DNA of 56,062 nt, the filler included, from Chthonomonadaceae bacterium (GTDB lineage: Bacteria; Armatimonadota; Chthonomonadetes; Chthonomonadales; Chthonomonadaceae): NCBI GenBank assembly GCA_035650735.1. It is 3 parts of 3 records of this genome, joined end to end, with 100 filler letters (N's around TTAATTAATTAA, not from the genome) between each part and the next. Parts side by side here need not be neighbours in the genome. Positions count along the whole stretch, not along the records: positions 1 to 19,728 come from DASRGZ010000205.1; 2 more parts are not named here. One strand, given 5' to 3'. This document shows positions 1-9,500 of the stretch, piece after piece (position 1 is the first letter of the stretch; each line of letters begins with the position of its first letter). Position numbers and translations under genes: made by a program. The notes beneath the pieces are model-generated. The model had not been told where the DNA came from. It did not search any database and saw only the letters and a list, made by a program, of their open reading frames with translations.

Positions 1-132
1 GACTGCAAGGGACGGCGCTACGACTGCTAGGGTCGGAACTACGCACGCTCGACTGCCAGGGACGCCGCTCAACGGTTCGCGGCTCTGCCTGGCGATCTCC
101 GCCTGGCGACACTCGCGCCTCTGCCTTGCGAC
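1..132. repeat. Cluster of REP-like modules (21-nt GACTGCNAGGGWCGGNNCTAC units plus CTCYGCCTKGCGA units)
   Basis: Units at 1-21, 22-42 and 51-70; 51-90 is identical to 2365-2404; related units at 29725-29921 and 40181-40372. Confidence 0.8.
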
Positions 133-209
133 TGGCGGACGCGCCTGTCCCGCAGGGTTTTCCGTCCGAAGGACGGTTGGCGGCGCAGCCGCCCTCTAGC
201 CGGGTATTT

Positions 210-1355
210 TCAATGCCCGGCTACTGTCAATTGCCACTGCGCGCGCAGCTCCCCTGCGACCGCCTGCGTCCAATCGCTGGCGCCCGGCGTTCCCTGTGGG
301 ACAAGCACCCATCCCTGCCGATGGGATATGGCCAGCACCGCTTGCCGGGTATCCTCGCGGATGAGGGCGACAAAATGCGCTTTTTGGGCCTCCACTTCGG
401 CGCGCTGCCGGCTGCCGGCGGCGGCCACCTGTCCCTGCGCCTGCGCGAAGGCGGCAGGAGCCACCGTATCCGGCGAGGCGGGCGGCGGCAGGGGCACGGT
501 GGGCGGCAGCGTGCCCAGCGAAGCGCTTCCCAGGGGCGGAATCGGCTCCGACTGCGCGCTCAGGCTGGCCTCCTCGCGCTGCACCTGCCGGGCAGCCAGG
601 GTCTCCAATTCCGCTCTGCGCTGCGCCAGGCGCGCGTTGTACTGGCGGGTCAACTCCTGTTTTCGGGCAGCCAGATCGCGCTGCATCTGCTCTTGTGCTT
701 CGGCCAGCCGCGTGTCGCGCTCCTGCTCCAGCCGGGCGACCTCCGCGTTGATCGCGTTCAGCTGTGCCTGCGCGTCCTGCTGCGGCTGACCGGAGAACCC
801 ACGCACCTGCGTCTCGAAGATGACGGATTTGAAGCGCAGGGGGTTCAGTTTGCCTTCGTACTCCGTGCGGATATTTGCCTGACGCGCCAGCAGCGCCCCT
901 TCCAGTTCGGTTCGCGCCGCGGCCACTTGATTTTCCAGCTGCCGTGCGCCGGCGGCCTCCTCGCGGCGCAAGAGCTCGGCGTTGCGGCGGCGCAGCTCCT
1001 CAGCCAGGCCCTGAATGCGTCGGCGGGCATCTTCGGCAATGCGGGCGCGGCGCTCCTGCTCCAGGCTGGGCGGCACGGCCACCGGGGCCGGGAAAGATAC
1101 CGGCAGGGGAGAGGCTTCCAGGCGCAGACTGGCCGCCTGCTGCTGCGCGCTCTGGCGCGTCGCCTGGGCCAGACTCTCTAATCGTGCCACCTGCTCCCAG
1201 ATCGGATGCAGCGGCAGCAGGGCCTCCAGCCGGACGTAGTGCCGGGGCGGCTGCGCGGCCTTTCGCTGGCAGCCTGCCAGGCCCAGGTTAATACTGAGGA
1301 GGGCGAGGAGCAGCGCCTTGCGCGCCACCACCCCGCCCCGCGTTGCAGCAAACAC
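210..1355 (-). CDS. Coiled-coil lipoprotein, probable divergent OmpH/Skp-like protein
   Basis: 381-aa ORF; hydrophobic signal ending in LAGC lipobox; long Q/E/R/A coiled coil; C-terminus (QAVLAISHRQGWVLV...DWTQAVAGEL) resembles the Skp C-terminus; directly downstream of skp. Confidence 0.6.
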   Translation of the reverse strand: MFAATRGGVVARKALLLALLSINLGLAGCQRKAAQPPRHYVRLEALLPLHPIWEQVARLESLAQATRQSAQQQAASLRLEASPLPVSFPAPVAVPPSLEQERRARIAEDARRRIQGLAEELRRRNAELLRREEAAGARQLENQVAAARTELEGALLARQANIRTEYEGKLNPLRFKSVIFETQVRGFSGQPQQDAQAQLNAINAEVARLEQERDTRLAEAQEQMQRDLAARKQELTRQYNARLAQRRAELETLAARQVQREEASLSAQSEPIPPLGSASLGTLPPTVPLPPPASPDTVAPAAFAQAQGQVAAAGSRQRAEVEAQKAHFVALIREDTRQAVLAISHRQGWVLVPQGTPGASDWTQAVAGELRAQWQLTVAGH

Positions 1356-1391
1356 CTTACTTAACTCCGCACCGCGTTCTCGTGGTGCGCA

Positions 1392-2051
1392 CTACTTGCC
1401 GTTGAGCTGCTTGAGGACCGCGTCCGTGATGTCAGCCTCGGCGTACCAGGCCGTATCGTTGCTGAGGACCAGGTTCACGCCCTCTTTCTTGGCGACTTTG
1501 GCGACGGCATCACGGATCTCCTTGACGATTTTGGTCGCATTCGTGGTGCGCTCCTTCTCAAACTCATCCTGCAGCTCTTTGGTGCGGGCGGCGATGCGAT
1601 TGTCCGTGTCGCCTGCCAGCTTGGTCAACTCGGTGATCCGCTGCTTCTCCGTATCCGTCACCCCGGTGGACTTGGTCTGCAGCGTGGTAAATTCTTGAAA
1701 GAGCGCCGCACTGCGATCCAGCAGCCTCTTCTTCTCGGCCTTCTCCGCCTCGGTCAGCGTGGCCTCTTTGAGCGTCAGCTCGCCCAGACGCTTCTGCTCC
1801 GGCTCCGTAAGCAGGAAATTCTGCTTCCAGGTCTGAAGCACCGTCTGAGCGTCGTCTGCCATCTTTCTTAGCTGGTTATTGGAGGCAATGGTGCCGTTGT
1901 AGTCGCTCAGCAGCCGATTGACGTCCACGATGGCGATTTTCAGACCGCCCGCCGTACTTTCCGGCGCAGCCCCGGCGCCCAAAGCCGCCAGAATGCCGAG
2001 GACGAGAGCGGCAAAAACAATAAGGCGCAGACCGCGCGTGGGTTGAGACAT
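1392..2051 (-). CDS. skp: OmpH/Skp family periplasmic chaperone
   Basis: Signal peptide, KIAIVDVNRLL, coiled coil, AVAKVAKKEGVNLVL...DITDAVLKQLN; start placed at the ATG after AGGAAAGGAAGG. Confidence 0.88.
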   Translation of the reverse strand: MSQPTRGLRLIVFAALVLGILAALGAGAAPESTAGGLKIAIVDVNRLLSDYNGTIASNNQLRKMADDAQTVLQTWKQNFLLTEPEQKRLGELTLKEATLTEAEKAEKKRLLDRSAALFQEFTTLQTKSTGVTDTEKQRITELTKLAGDTDNRIAARTKELQDEFEKERTTNATKIVKEIRDAVAKVAKKEGVNLVLSNDTAWYAEADITDAVLKQLNGK

Positions 2052-2164
2052 TCCGTACCTTCCTTTCCTAAGGGTCAAACGCGGTTATTATAGCAGATAG
2101 CCGGGTCGTGGAACAAGTGAGCGCTCAAATTCGTCTCTCTCCGTTCCGGGAAGCGGGCGACTAA

Positions 2165-2531
2165 AGCCCTCACCCCCAACCCCTCTCCTTCTCAAGGAGA
2201 GGGGAGCTCCCCGCCCCTAAGTTCTTCTGTTCTCTCTTATCTCCCCTCATCCCCGTCCCTTCTCCCTGCAAGGCAGAAGGGAGAACGGATACTCCCTTGC
2301 TCAAGGGAGAAGGGAGAAGAGAAGCCCTCACCCCCTGCCCCGCTGCAAGGGTCGGGGCTCAACGGACTGCCAGGGACGCCGCTCAACGGTTCGCGGCTCT
2401 GCCTTGCGACACCCCTCCGCCTGGCGACCCCCGGCGCTGCGGCAGAGGGGAACGGGGAAGCCGGGTCCCCCCTTCCCTATGAGCGGAGCGAACGTATTAG
2501 GGAAGGGGGCCGGGGGGGTTAGGTAAGTCCG
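2165..2531. repeat. Composite hairpin element (MITE/REPIN-like), copy 1
   Basis: Begins AGCCCTCACCCCCAACCCCTCTCC and ends GGGGGGTTAGGTAAGTCCG, the same termini as 40117-40443. Confidence 0.8.
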
Positions 2532-2542
2532 GAGGGGCCGCA

Positions 2543-4489
2543 TCAGAAGACGTTGCCGATGCTGAAGTGGAAGCGCCCGCCCTCGCTGCCGATGCCGTAG
2601 TCGAGACGGATGGGGCCAAGCGGCGTGCGGATGCGCAAGCCCGGCCCCACGCCGATGTGCGGGCGGAATCCGTTCGCCTGATTGAAGCCCAGGATATTTA
2701 CGTCGGTGTAGGAGCCGCCCCAGGCATCTCCTACATCCAGGAATAACACGCCCGTGAGCGCATTGGCCAGAGGCTGCCGGAACTCTATGGAACCGAGCAG
2801 CATATTGCTGCCCCAGAAGCGGTCTTCCCGGTAGCCGCGCAGGCTCTCGGCGCCCCCGACAAAGTACTGCTCGAAGAACGGCAGCCGGCCCGCCGAGGTG
2901 CCAAACATCAGCCGCAGCGCGATCACGCTGCGCTTGGCATCGGGCTTGTTGCGCGGGCGCGGCCCCTGCAGGCTGAAGTACTGCCGCGCATCAATGAAGG
3001 ACTTGCCGAAATTGGTCGGGCCGAAGGGGCCAGGGATAGGCGTGCCCGTCGTGGTATTGGGCGGCTTTAAGTCGGCGTGCCCTACCTGCAGGCTCAGATT
3101 TTGATAGCCCCCCATGACCGGATCTAAGTCCAGGTCGCGCGTGTTGTGAATAAGCGAGCCGCCGACGGAATAGATGGGGCCGTTCTGTAAGATGCGCGCA
3201 TTGGTCGGGTCCAGAGCCAGCGTATCCGTGTGCACATTCTCTCCGCGCAGGCTGATCGCGGCGCGATAGTTGGTGGCAAACGGGCGGCTGACCGTGACAA
3301 TGCCGCCTGTGCGCCTCTCGAAATAGCGATCGTCCGTGGAGCCGGTAACCGGGGTGGCCGGCACGGCATTGAGCAGGTCTGAGGAGAAGCGATAGACAAC
3401 CTTATCATAGAGTTGGAGCGAGAGCGCGGTTTCGCGCTTGTCCAGGAAGGGCTCGGTGAAGCCAAGCTCGATGCTGCTGCGGTTGGCGATGCCGCCCTGT
3501 TCCCAGATCAGAGAAAGCGTCTCGCCCATGCCGCGGAAATTGGTGTCGGTGATCTCGGCGCGGCCCACCAATTGCTGGCGGTTGCTGTAGCCGATGCCCA
3601 GGCCGATGGTGCCGGTGCGCCGCTCGACGACGCTGACCGTCAGCCCGACGCGCCCCGGCCCCAGCGTGCGCTCCTCAAAGACCGGCACGTCCTCGAAGAT
3701 GTCCAGGTTATAGAGCCGCTGGCGGTCGCGGTTAAGCTGGTTGACGTTATAGTAATCGCCCTCTTTGGTGCGCATCGTGCGCCGGATGACCACAGGCTTC
3801 GTGCGGCGATTGCCCGTGATCCTGATCTCGGTGACGCGGGCGACCAGGATATTGACGTTGAGGACGCCCGGCGGGTCGATCACGGCGTCGGTGACGACGG
3901 CGGAATAGCCCTGCGAGCGGTAGAGGTTCTGAATATCCACGGCATCGGCCCCGAACTGGACGAAGTTATAGACCGTGCCCGGCTTGATATGGATGAGCTT
4001 GAGAATGTCTTCGGGCTTGACGGGGCCGGAGCCGCTGACGGTTACCTTCTGGATGGTGTCGTTCTCATCCACATCAATGAGGACTCGGCAGAGGCCGGTG
4101 CTGGGATTGGCCTCCTCGGCCTTGACCTTAACAGCGTCCTGATCGCTGGTGTGCTGGCCGAAAAAGCCCGTTTTCATGAGGTTGGTGGCTATCTCATCGA
4201 GCGTGTGCTCGGTACAGGGGTCGCCTATCTTGTGGCGGCTGTAGGCGATGATGGCATCTTTGTTGAGGGTCTTGTTGCCGGTGACGATGAATTCGCCAAT
4301 TCGGCTGACATTTGGCTGCGGGGGTTGTGCGTTCTGTGCCGCCGCATCGGCCTGCGCTGTCGCCTGCGCCTGGGCGCTTCGATAGGAAAGGGTTAAGAGG
4401 CTGAAGCTGGCGACAGGCAGTATCGTGACGAGCAGGAGCGGCGAGCCGGATTGCGGCCTGACCGGCTTCCTGCGGGTACGGATTTTCAT
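2543..4489 (-). CDS. bamA: Outer membrane protein assembly factor BamA (POTRA domains + Omp85 barrel)
   Basis: POTRA motifs (ITGNRRTKPVVIRR), GGAESLRGY, TPLGPIRLDYG, terminal FSIGNVF. Confidence 0.92.
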   Translation of the reverse strand: MKIRTRRKPVRPQSGSPLLLVTILPVASFSLLTLSYRSAQAQATAQADAAAQNAQPPQPNVSRIGEFIVTGNKTLNKDAIIAYSRHKIGDPCTEHTLDEIATNLMKTGFFGQHTSDQDAVKVKAEEANPSTGLCRVLIDVDENDTIQKVTVSGSGPVKPEDILKLIHIKPGTVYNFVQFGADAVDIQNLYRSQGYSAVVTDAVIDPPGVLNVNILVARVTEIRITGNRRTKPVVIRRTMRTKEGDYYNVNQLNRDRQRLYNLDIFEDVPVFEERTLGPGRVGLTVSVVERRTGTIGLGIGYSNRQQLVGRAEITDTNFRGMGETLSLIWEQGGIANRSSIELGFTEPFLDKRETALSLQLYDKVVYRFSSDLLNAVPATPVTGSTDDRYFERRTGGIVTVSRPFATNYRAAISLRGENVHTDTLALDPTNARILQNGPIYSVGGSLIHNTRDLDLDPVMGGYQNLSLQVGHADLKPPNTTTGTPIPGPFGPTNFGKSFIDARQYFSLQGPRPRNKPDAKRSVIALRLMFGTSAGRLPFFEQYFVGGAESLRGYREDRFWGSNMLLGSIEFRQPLANALTGVLFLDVGDAWGGSYTDVNILGFNQANGFRPHIGVGPGLRIRTPLGPIRLDYGIGSEGGRFHFSIGNVF

Positions 4490-4593
4490 GCGATCCGGTT
4501 CTCCTCCCAATGGCGCTCCGCCCCCAAGAAGGAACTTTCTAAATGGACGGACGCCGAACTACCATTTAAATGGACGCGCCTGGCCTGGAAAGG

Positions 4594-5214
4594 TTACGCG
4601 CGATAGTAGGGCGTAAGTTTGCGGCGCAGCATCGCGCGGGCGCGCGAGAGCCGCGTCTTGACGTTCTCCAGAGTCAGGCCGGTCGCCTCGACGATCTCGT
4701 TATAGGAGAGGTTCTCGAACTCGCGCAGCAGGACGACCTCTTTATACTCCGGGGGCAGCGACTCGATGGCCGCCAGGATGCGCTGGCGCAGCTCTTTCTC
4801 TTCCAGGATGGTCTGGGGCGCGCGGCTCCAGTCGGCCACCTCGCGCGTCAGCCTCTCGTCCTCGTCGCTCTCGCGCGGCTGATTCAGCGACTCGATGCGC
4901 AGCGCGCGCTGCCGGTCCCGCTGGCGAACGCGGTTGATGCACAGGTTGCGCGCGATCTGGTAGAGCCAGGTAAAGACTTTGGCCTCGCCGCGAAACCGCT
5001 CGTAGTGCCGGTAGGCGCTGATGAAGGTCTCTTGCGTCAGATCGGTAGCCTCTTCGTAGTCCCCGAGGAAACGATAGATGACGTTAAAAATCTTCTTCTC
5101 GTATTTGGCGACCAGCGCATCGAAATCCAGATCTCTATCGGCGTCTTCCGGCGGGGGAGCGTTCATGAGCCGATCTTGTCCTTGCGTTCCGGGAGGCCGT
5201 GAAGTCACAGGCAT
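4594..5214 (-). CDS. ECF RNA polymerase sigma factor (SigW/RpoE-like)
   Basis: Region 2 DLTQETFISAY/FTWLYQIARN and region 4 LSYNEIVEATGLTLENVKTRLSRAR; start uncertain (5214 or 5166). Confidence 0.92.
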   Translation of the reverse strand: MPVTSRPPGTQGQDRLMNAPPPEDADRDLDFDALVAKYEKKIFNVIYRFLGDYEEATDLTQETFISAYRHYERFRGEAKVFTWLYQIARNLCINRVRQRDRQRALRIESLNQPRESDEDERLTREVADWSRAPQTILEEKELRQRILAAIESLPPEYKEVVLLREFENLSYNEIVEATGLTLENVKTRLSRARAMLRRKLTPYYRA

Positions 5215-5312
5215 CAAGCGTAGGGCACCTTTCCTGCCTGTTATCGCGGCGGTCTTCGGCGGGAGCCGCACGGCCACTCGGGGCCTCCCGACCCACGTAC
5301 ATATGCTGGGGT

Positions 5313-5344
5313 ATTAGAACGCACGCTGGCGGGAAATGTTACAC
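5313..5344 (-). promoter_or_regulatory. Putative ECF-type promoter of the sigma gene
   Basis: Minus strand reads tgtAAC-N16-CGTtcta, the usual ECF -35/-10 arrangement. Confidence 0.55.
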
Positions 5345-5509
5345 CCTTCGTACTGCCAGCGCCCTGAAAAAGTGCGGCGTCCGCACAAATGCGCACTAAG
5401 CAAGGTCACGGGGTAGTGCGGTTTCTGTGGAAAAAGAGTAGCACAAAAGTACGTCAGACGGCAATGGGGTATGAAGGAAAAAGGAGGGAATGTGAGGGTA
5501 AGGTCGGCT

Positions 5510-5652
5510 TCCCCTCACCCGCAGCATGGGAGAGGGGAAGCGAGTGAGGGCTTATTTCTCCTCAGCCGTCCATACCCCTAGGGGGCACCCTCTCGCAGGA
5601 GAATGCCTCTCCCCTCCCCCGAGAACAGGGGAGGGGATAAAGGGGTGGGGGC
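5510..5652. repeat. Two C-rich/G-rich REP-like hairpins
   Basis: CCCCTCACCC...GGGAGAGGGG...GTGAGGGC and CCCCTCCCC...GGGGAGGGG...GGGGTGGGGGC. Confidence 0.6.
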
Positions 5653-5673
5653 ATTTTCGACCGAAGCCCTGCG

Positions 5674-6045
5674 TCAGGCAACCGGCTTGCCGGTTTTGTC
5701 ATCTACGACCTCTTCGCGCTCATGGAGCTTTTTCGTAACGCGCGCCCGTCCGGTCTCTACGGGCCGCTTCTCCACGTGAAGCTCCTCGACCATAACGGGG
5801 ACGGTTAAGACCGGTTCGCTTGGAGCGGCCCGTTCGGTATGCGCCTGCTCTAACTCCGAGAGACCCACCGGTAGGTAGAAGCTGCCATCGGCTTGAGCAA
5901 CGAGCACCTCTGCGGGCGCAAGCACCTGCTGTCCGTTGGCAAGACGAATGAGGACCTGCGAACCTTGCCCATCAGGAGCCGGCAGAACCTTTTCGACTTG
6001 TCCCTGCCAGCCTTCTTTCCCGGTGACGGTTGTGGGATGCTCCAT
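5674..6045 (-). pseudogene. YsnF/AvaK (DUF2382) stress-domain protein, apparently C-terminally truncated
   Basis: VPVMVEELHVEKRPVETGRARVTKKLHEREEVVD marks the start of the domain, but the ORF ends a few codons later next to REP hairpins. Confidence 0.6.
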
Positions 6046-6065
6046 GGCCTTTGTTTCCCGGGCCT

Positions 6066-6251
6066 CTACCTTACGTGCCAGTGCGTGAGGCCCCACCAGA
6101 TGAACAGGACAAGCACGATACAGACCGCCAGGACGAGCAGGAGAGCAGGCGAAAAGCCTTTACGTTCCGGGCGATCATATATTTTGACAGGAGAGGCGCC
6201 CGCTTTCTTAGGCGTCTCTCTCTTGGGCTCATCGGCGTTTAAGTTACTCAT
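6066..6251 (-). CDS. Small single-pass membrane protein
   Basis: 61 aa, SD-like AGGAGAG upstream, C-terminal hydrophobic helix. Confidence 0.6.
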   Translation of the reverse strand: MSNLNADEPKRETPKKAGASPVKIYDRPERKGFSPALLLVLAVCIVLVLFIWWGLTHWHVR

Positions 6252-6308
6252 GGACGGCTCTCCTGCCCCGCGACCGGCGACGGGCCGTCTTATCCCCTGA
6301 CAGGTGAA

Positions 6309-6343
6309 AGGCGGCAGAGGTCAGAAACGTACCTCTGCCGCCT
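6309..6343 (-). terminator. 13-bp stem hairpin, possible terminator downstream of tamB
   Basis: AGGCGGCAGAGGT-N9-ACCTCTGCCGCCT; only a short U-tract. Confidence 0.4.
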
Positions 6344-6568
6344 CTGTCGCTCCTTCCAAAGGAGACAAAACGATAAGCTCTCGCCAAGTTGGTTGGCGGG
6401 GGTAAAACGATCTAGATGCGCCCGAGGTTCCATTGATCGGAGGAGCGCCCAAACCGTTGCAGATATTTTTAACGAGCGAGGTAAAACTGGCGATCTGCTA
6501 CATCAACGATAGTGGTTCAAACACGACCGGGTTTTTACCGAGTGAGGGGAAACAAGCGAATCTGGCTA

Positions 6569-9500
6569 TCAGTAATGCCAGATTCCTTCCAGCAGAACCT
6601 CTTGAGTGTTCTGATCATTGAAGGTGTAGGAGAGCTGATAGCGGTCCTGGAACCGCAGGCTGAATTTGAGGTCGTAGGATTCCTCTACCGGATTCAAGAA
6701 GCGAATATAGGTGGCGTAGAGCGGTCCGAACAGATGGCGGGTCACCGTAAAGCTCAGGCGCTGCACCGGGTCGTAGTTAAACGCGAACTCCTCAAAGCCT
6801 AACCGCCCGGCAAGGGGCTCAAACAGGCCCGGCAGCACCGACTGGGTGAACACATTGGCCAACTGCGCGGCAATGGCCTGCTCCGGGTTGCGGCCCAATT
6901 GGGTAAAGATGTCGCCGCCCAGGCTGCCGGCGATACGCTGCGCCAGCTCCTGTTGGGTCGCCGCAAGGTCGGGCGGATCGGTCGTAAAGTTGAGCGCCAG
7001 GCGCGGCTGGCCGGTGATGGGGTCCACCACATCGCCGGTGATCGGGCCGCGCGCCGCCACGATGACGCGGTAGCGCCGCCGCACGCCCGACATGGAGGCC
7101 GCCGTTAGATAGGTCTGCGCCCGGATATCCACGTCAATGGCCAGCGCTGGCTGGCCAAAGCCGCCCACCGGATAGGAAGGATAGTTCAGGCGCAGCGTGC
7201 CGGGCGGCAGGATGGTAAAGCGCGCCGTCGGCAGCACCAGCCGCCCTTCATGAATGGTCAGCGTACCGGCGATGTGTGGGCTGCTCAACTCCCCGGTCAG
7301 GACGACATTGCCGGAGGCGCGCGCATTAAGCTGCGGGTTGACCAGGCGCACGTTCTGCCCGATCTGCACCCGCAGGTCGAAGCGCGGATTGATCGGCAGA
7401 GCGAACTTGCCGCCCTGGACGTTGCCGAAGTCGCGCGGTAAGGACGCCTGGGCCTCCGGGACGGCGATCACGCCGCTGATGGACGGTTCCAGGACGGAGC
7501 CGGCGATATGGATATCCAGATCGGCCGTGCCCCGCGCACCGCCGGAAGTCAGGCCGGGCAGCGGGCTTTCGGCAAACGCGATCCGGGAGGTGGTCAGGTG
7601 CATCTCGGCTCCCGACGTCTGCGCCTGCTGCGCCGTGATGGGCAGGCTGCCCGTCAGCGTAATCGGCTCTCCCGTGAGCTTGGGGTCCGGTATGCCCGTC
7701 CGGGGCTCATAGACCTGGGAGCGCGCCGTAAAGCGCTCCGCCACGATCCGGTCTCCCCGGAACGCGAAGACGGCATCCACGTCGCGCAGGCCGGTCGCGA
7801 CTCCATCCACGCGCACTTTCGGCGCCACTAGCGAGACCGAGCCCGTCAGCCGGGGATCGGCAAGCGTGCCGGTGGCGCGCGCCGTGGCGGAGATGGTGCC
7901 GGTCGAATCGCGCAGCAGGCCCGGCGCAAACGCCGAGAGGAGCTGCAGCGGCTGCTTGTTGATGTCGGCTTCGAAGTCGAGGGGAGCGTCCTCAGGAATG
8001 CCCGGCTGCTTCCAGCTAAAGCCGACGGAGCCGCGCGCCGTGCCGGTATAGGCTATGGTCTGCCCGTTGACCGTCTCGCGCTTGGTCAGGGTAATATTAT
8101 CTGCCGTGATCTGCCCTTCGCGGATGGTCGCGTGCGCCACATCCAGGCGATCCAGCTTCTGGCCGGCGTAGGTCAGATCGCGCAGGTTGATCGAAACGTC
8201 GAGCACGGGGGATTTCGTTTCCCCGCTCGCCACGATGAACAGATCGCCCGTGCCGCCTACCGGGTTGGCCAGGTCAGGGCGCACCCACCGCTGCAGGCCC
8301 GCCAGATCGAGGTTGTAGGCATTCAGCTCGCCCGCGATATTTCCCTTATACTCTATCCGAACATTGGGAATATCAATATAGGTTTCGCCGCTTTCTATGT
8401 GGGCAATTTGCCGGGGCGTGTGCGGCGAGGGGATGATCGCCTCGGTTTTGGTCAGGCGCGCGCTGCCGGTAAAGACGGTGCTGGCGTTCTCGGCCAGGCC
8501 GTGCGCGTTCCAGGCCACATCCACAATGGCTTCTTTCAGCGTGCCGGAGGCGGTCACGCCGCCGGAGAGCACGCCGTTGACGGAGGCGGGGATGCGGCTC
8601 AGGGCGTTCAGTACCGCCTTGCCCGTGTCGGTGTTGGGGTCAACGCTGCCTGCCACCAGGGTGCGCAGTTTCTGGCTGGCGATCTCGTTGAGGGAGATAG
8701 CGGCCTCCAGGTCATCGGATTGGGTGTCATAGACCAGGCGGGAGACCGTGATGCTGCCGCCCGTCGCGGCGGGGTTTTGCGCGTTGCCCAGCGAGATATC
8801 GTGCGAGCGGACCTGCTTATCGGCATAAGTGAGGGCGGCGTGCAGCTCGCCGAGGCTTACGGTATTGAGGGCCAGGTTCTGTGTGTCGGCTGTCACACTG
8901 ACGGTCGGGTTCTGGAGGGTGCCCTGCGCCGTGCCGTTGACGGCCAGGGTGCCCGTGACCTGGGGCACGCCCGCCGCTCCCAGCGCCGCCTCCAGTGTGT
9001 TCAGTTGCAGGCCGGTGGCGCTAAAGTCCAGGGCCAGCCGCTTGTCCTTGCTCATCCGGCCCGAGGCGCGAACGGTGCCGCCGGCCACCTGCACGCTCAC
9101 CTCGGGGATCTGAAGGCCGTTCGGCCCGTACTCAACGGTGGCGGTGGCGTTATCCAGCGGCAGGTTATGATAGACGGCGTTCTCCAGGCTGACATCGTTG
9201 GCGGCGATACGGGGCGCGGTGAGCGTGCCGGTCACCCGGACGTCGGCGGAGAGGGTGCCCGTCAGGTCCACCTTCTTGGTATCCACTCCGGCCAGACGCA
9301 GCATTTCGGAGAGGTCGAGATCATCGGCGCTGGCGGTGAGGTTGATGGCGGCGTTAGGGCGCAGTGGCTCGGCGATCACGCCGGAGAGGCGCACCTGTCC
9401 CGGATAGCGGCGCACGGTCGCCTGGCTGATGATCAGCGCATTCTTGCTGAAGTCCACATCGGCCTCGGCGATATCCATGTCGGCCTTGGCCGCCTGGAGC

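Noticed and set aside
1..132. Tandem 21-nt units as a CRISPR array
   Set aside because: Units are adjacent or irregularly spaced, degenerate, lack unique spacers, and no cas genes are present
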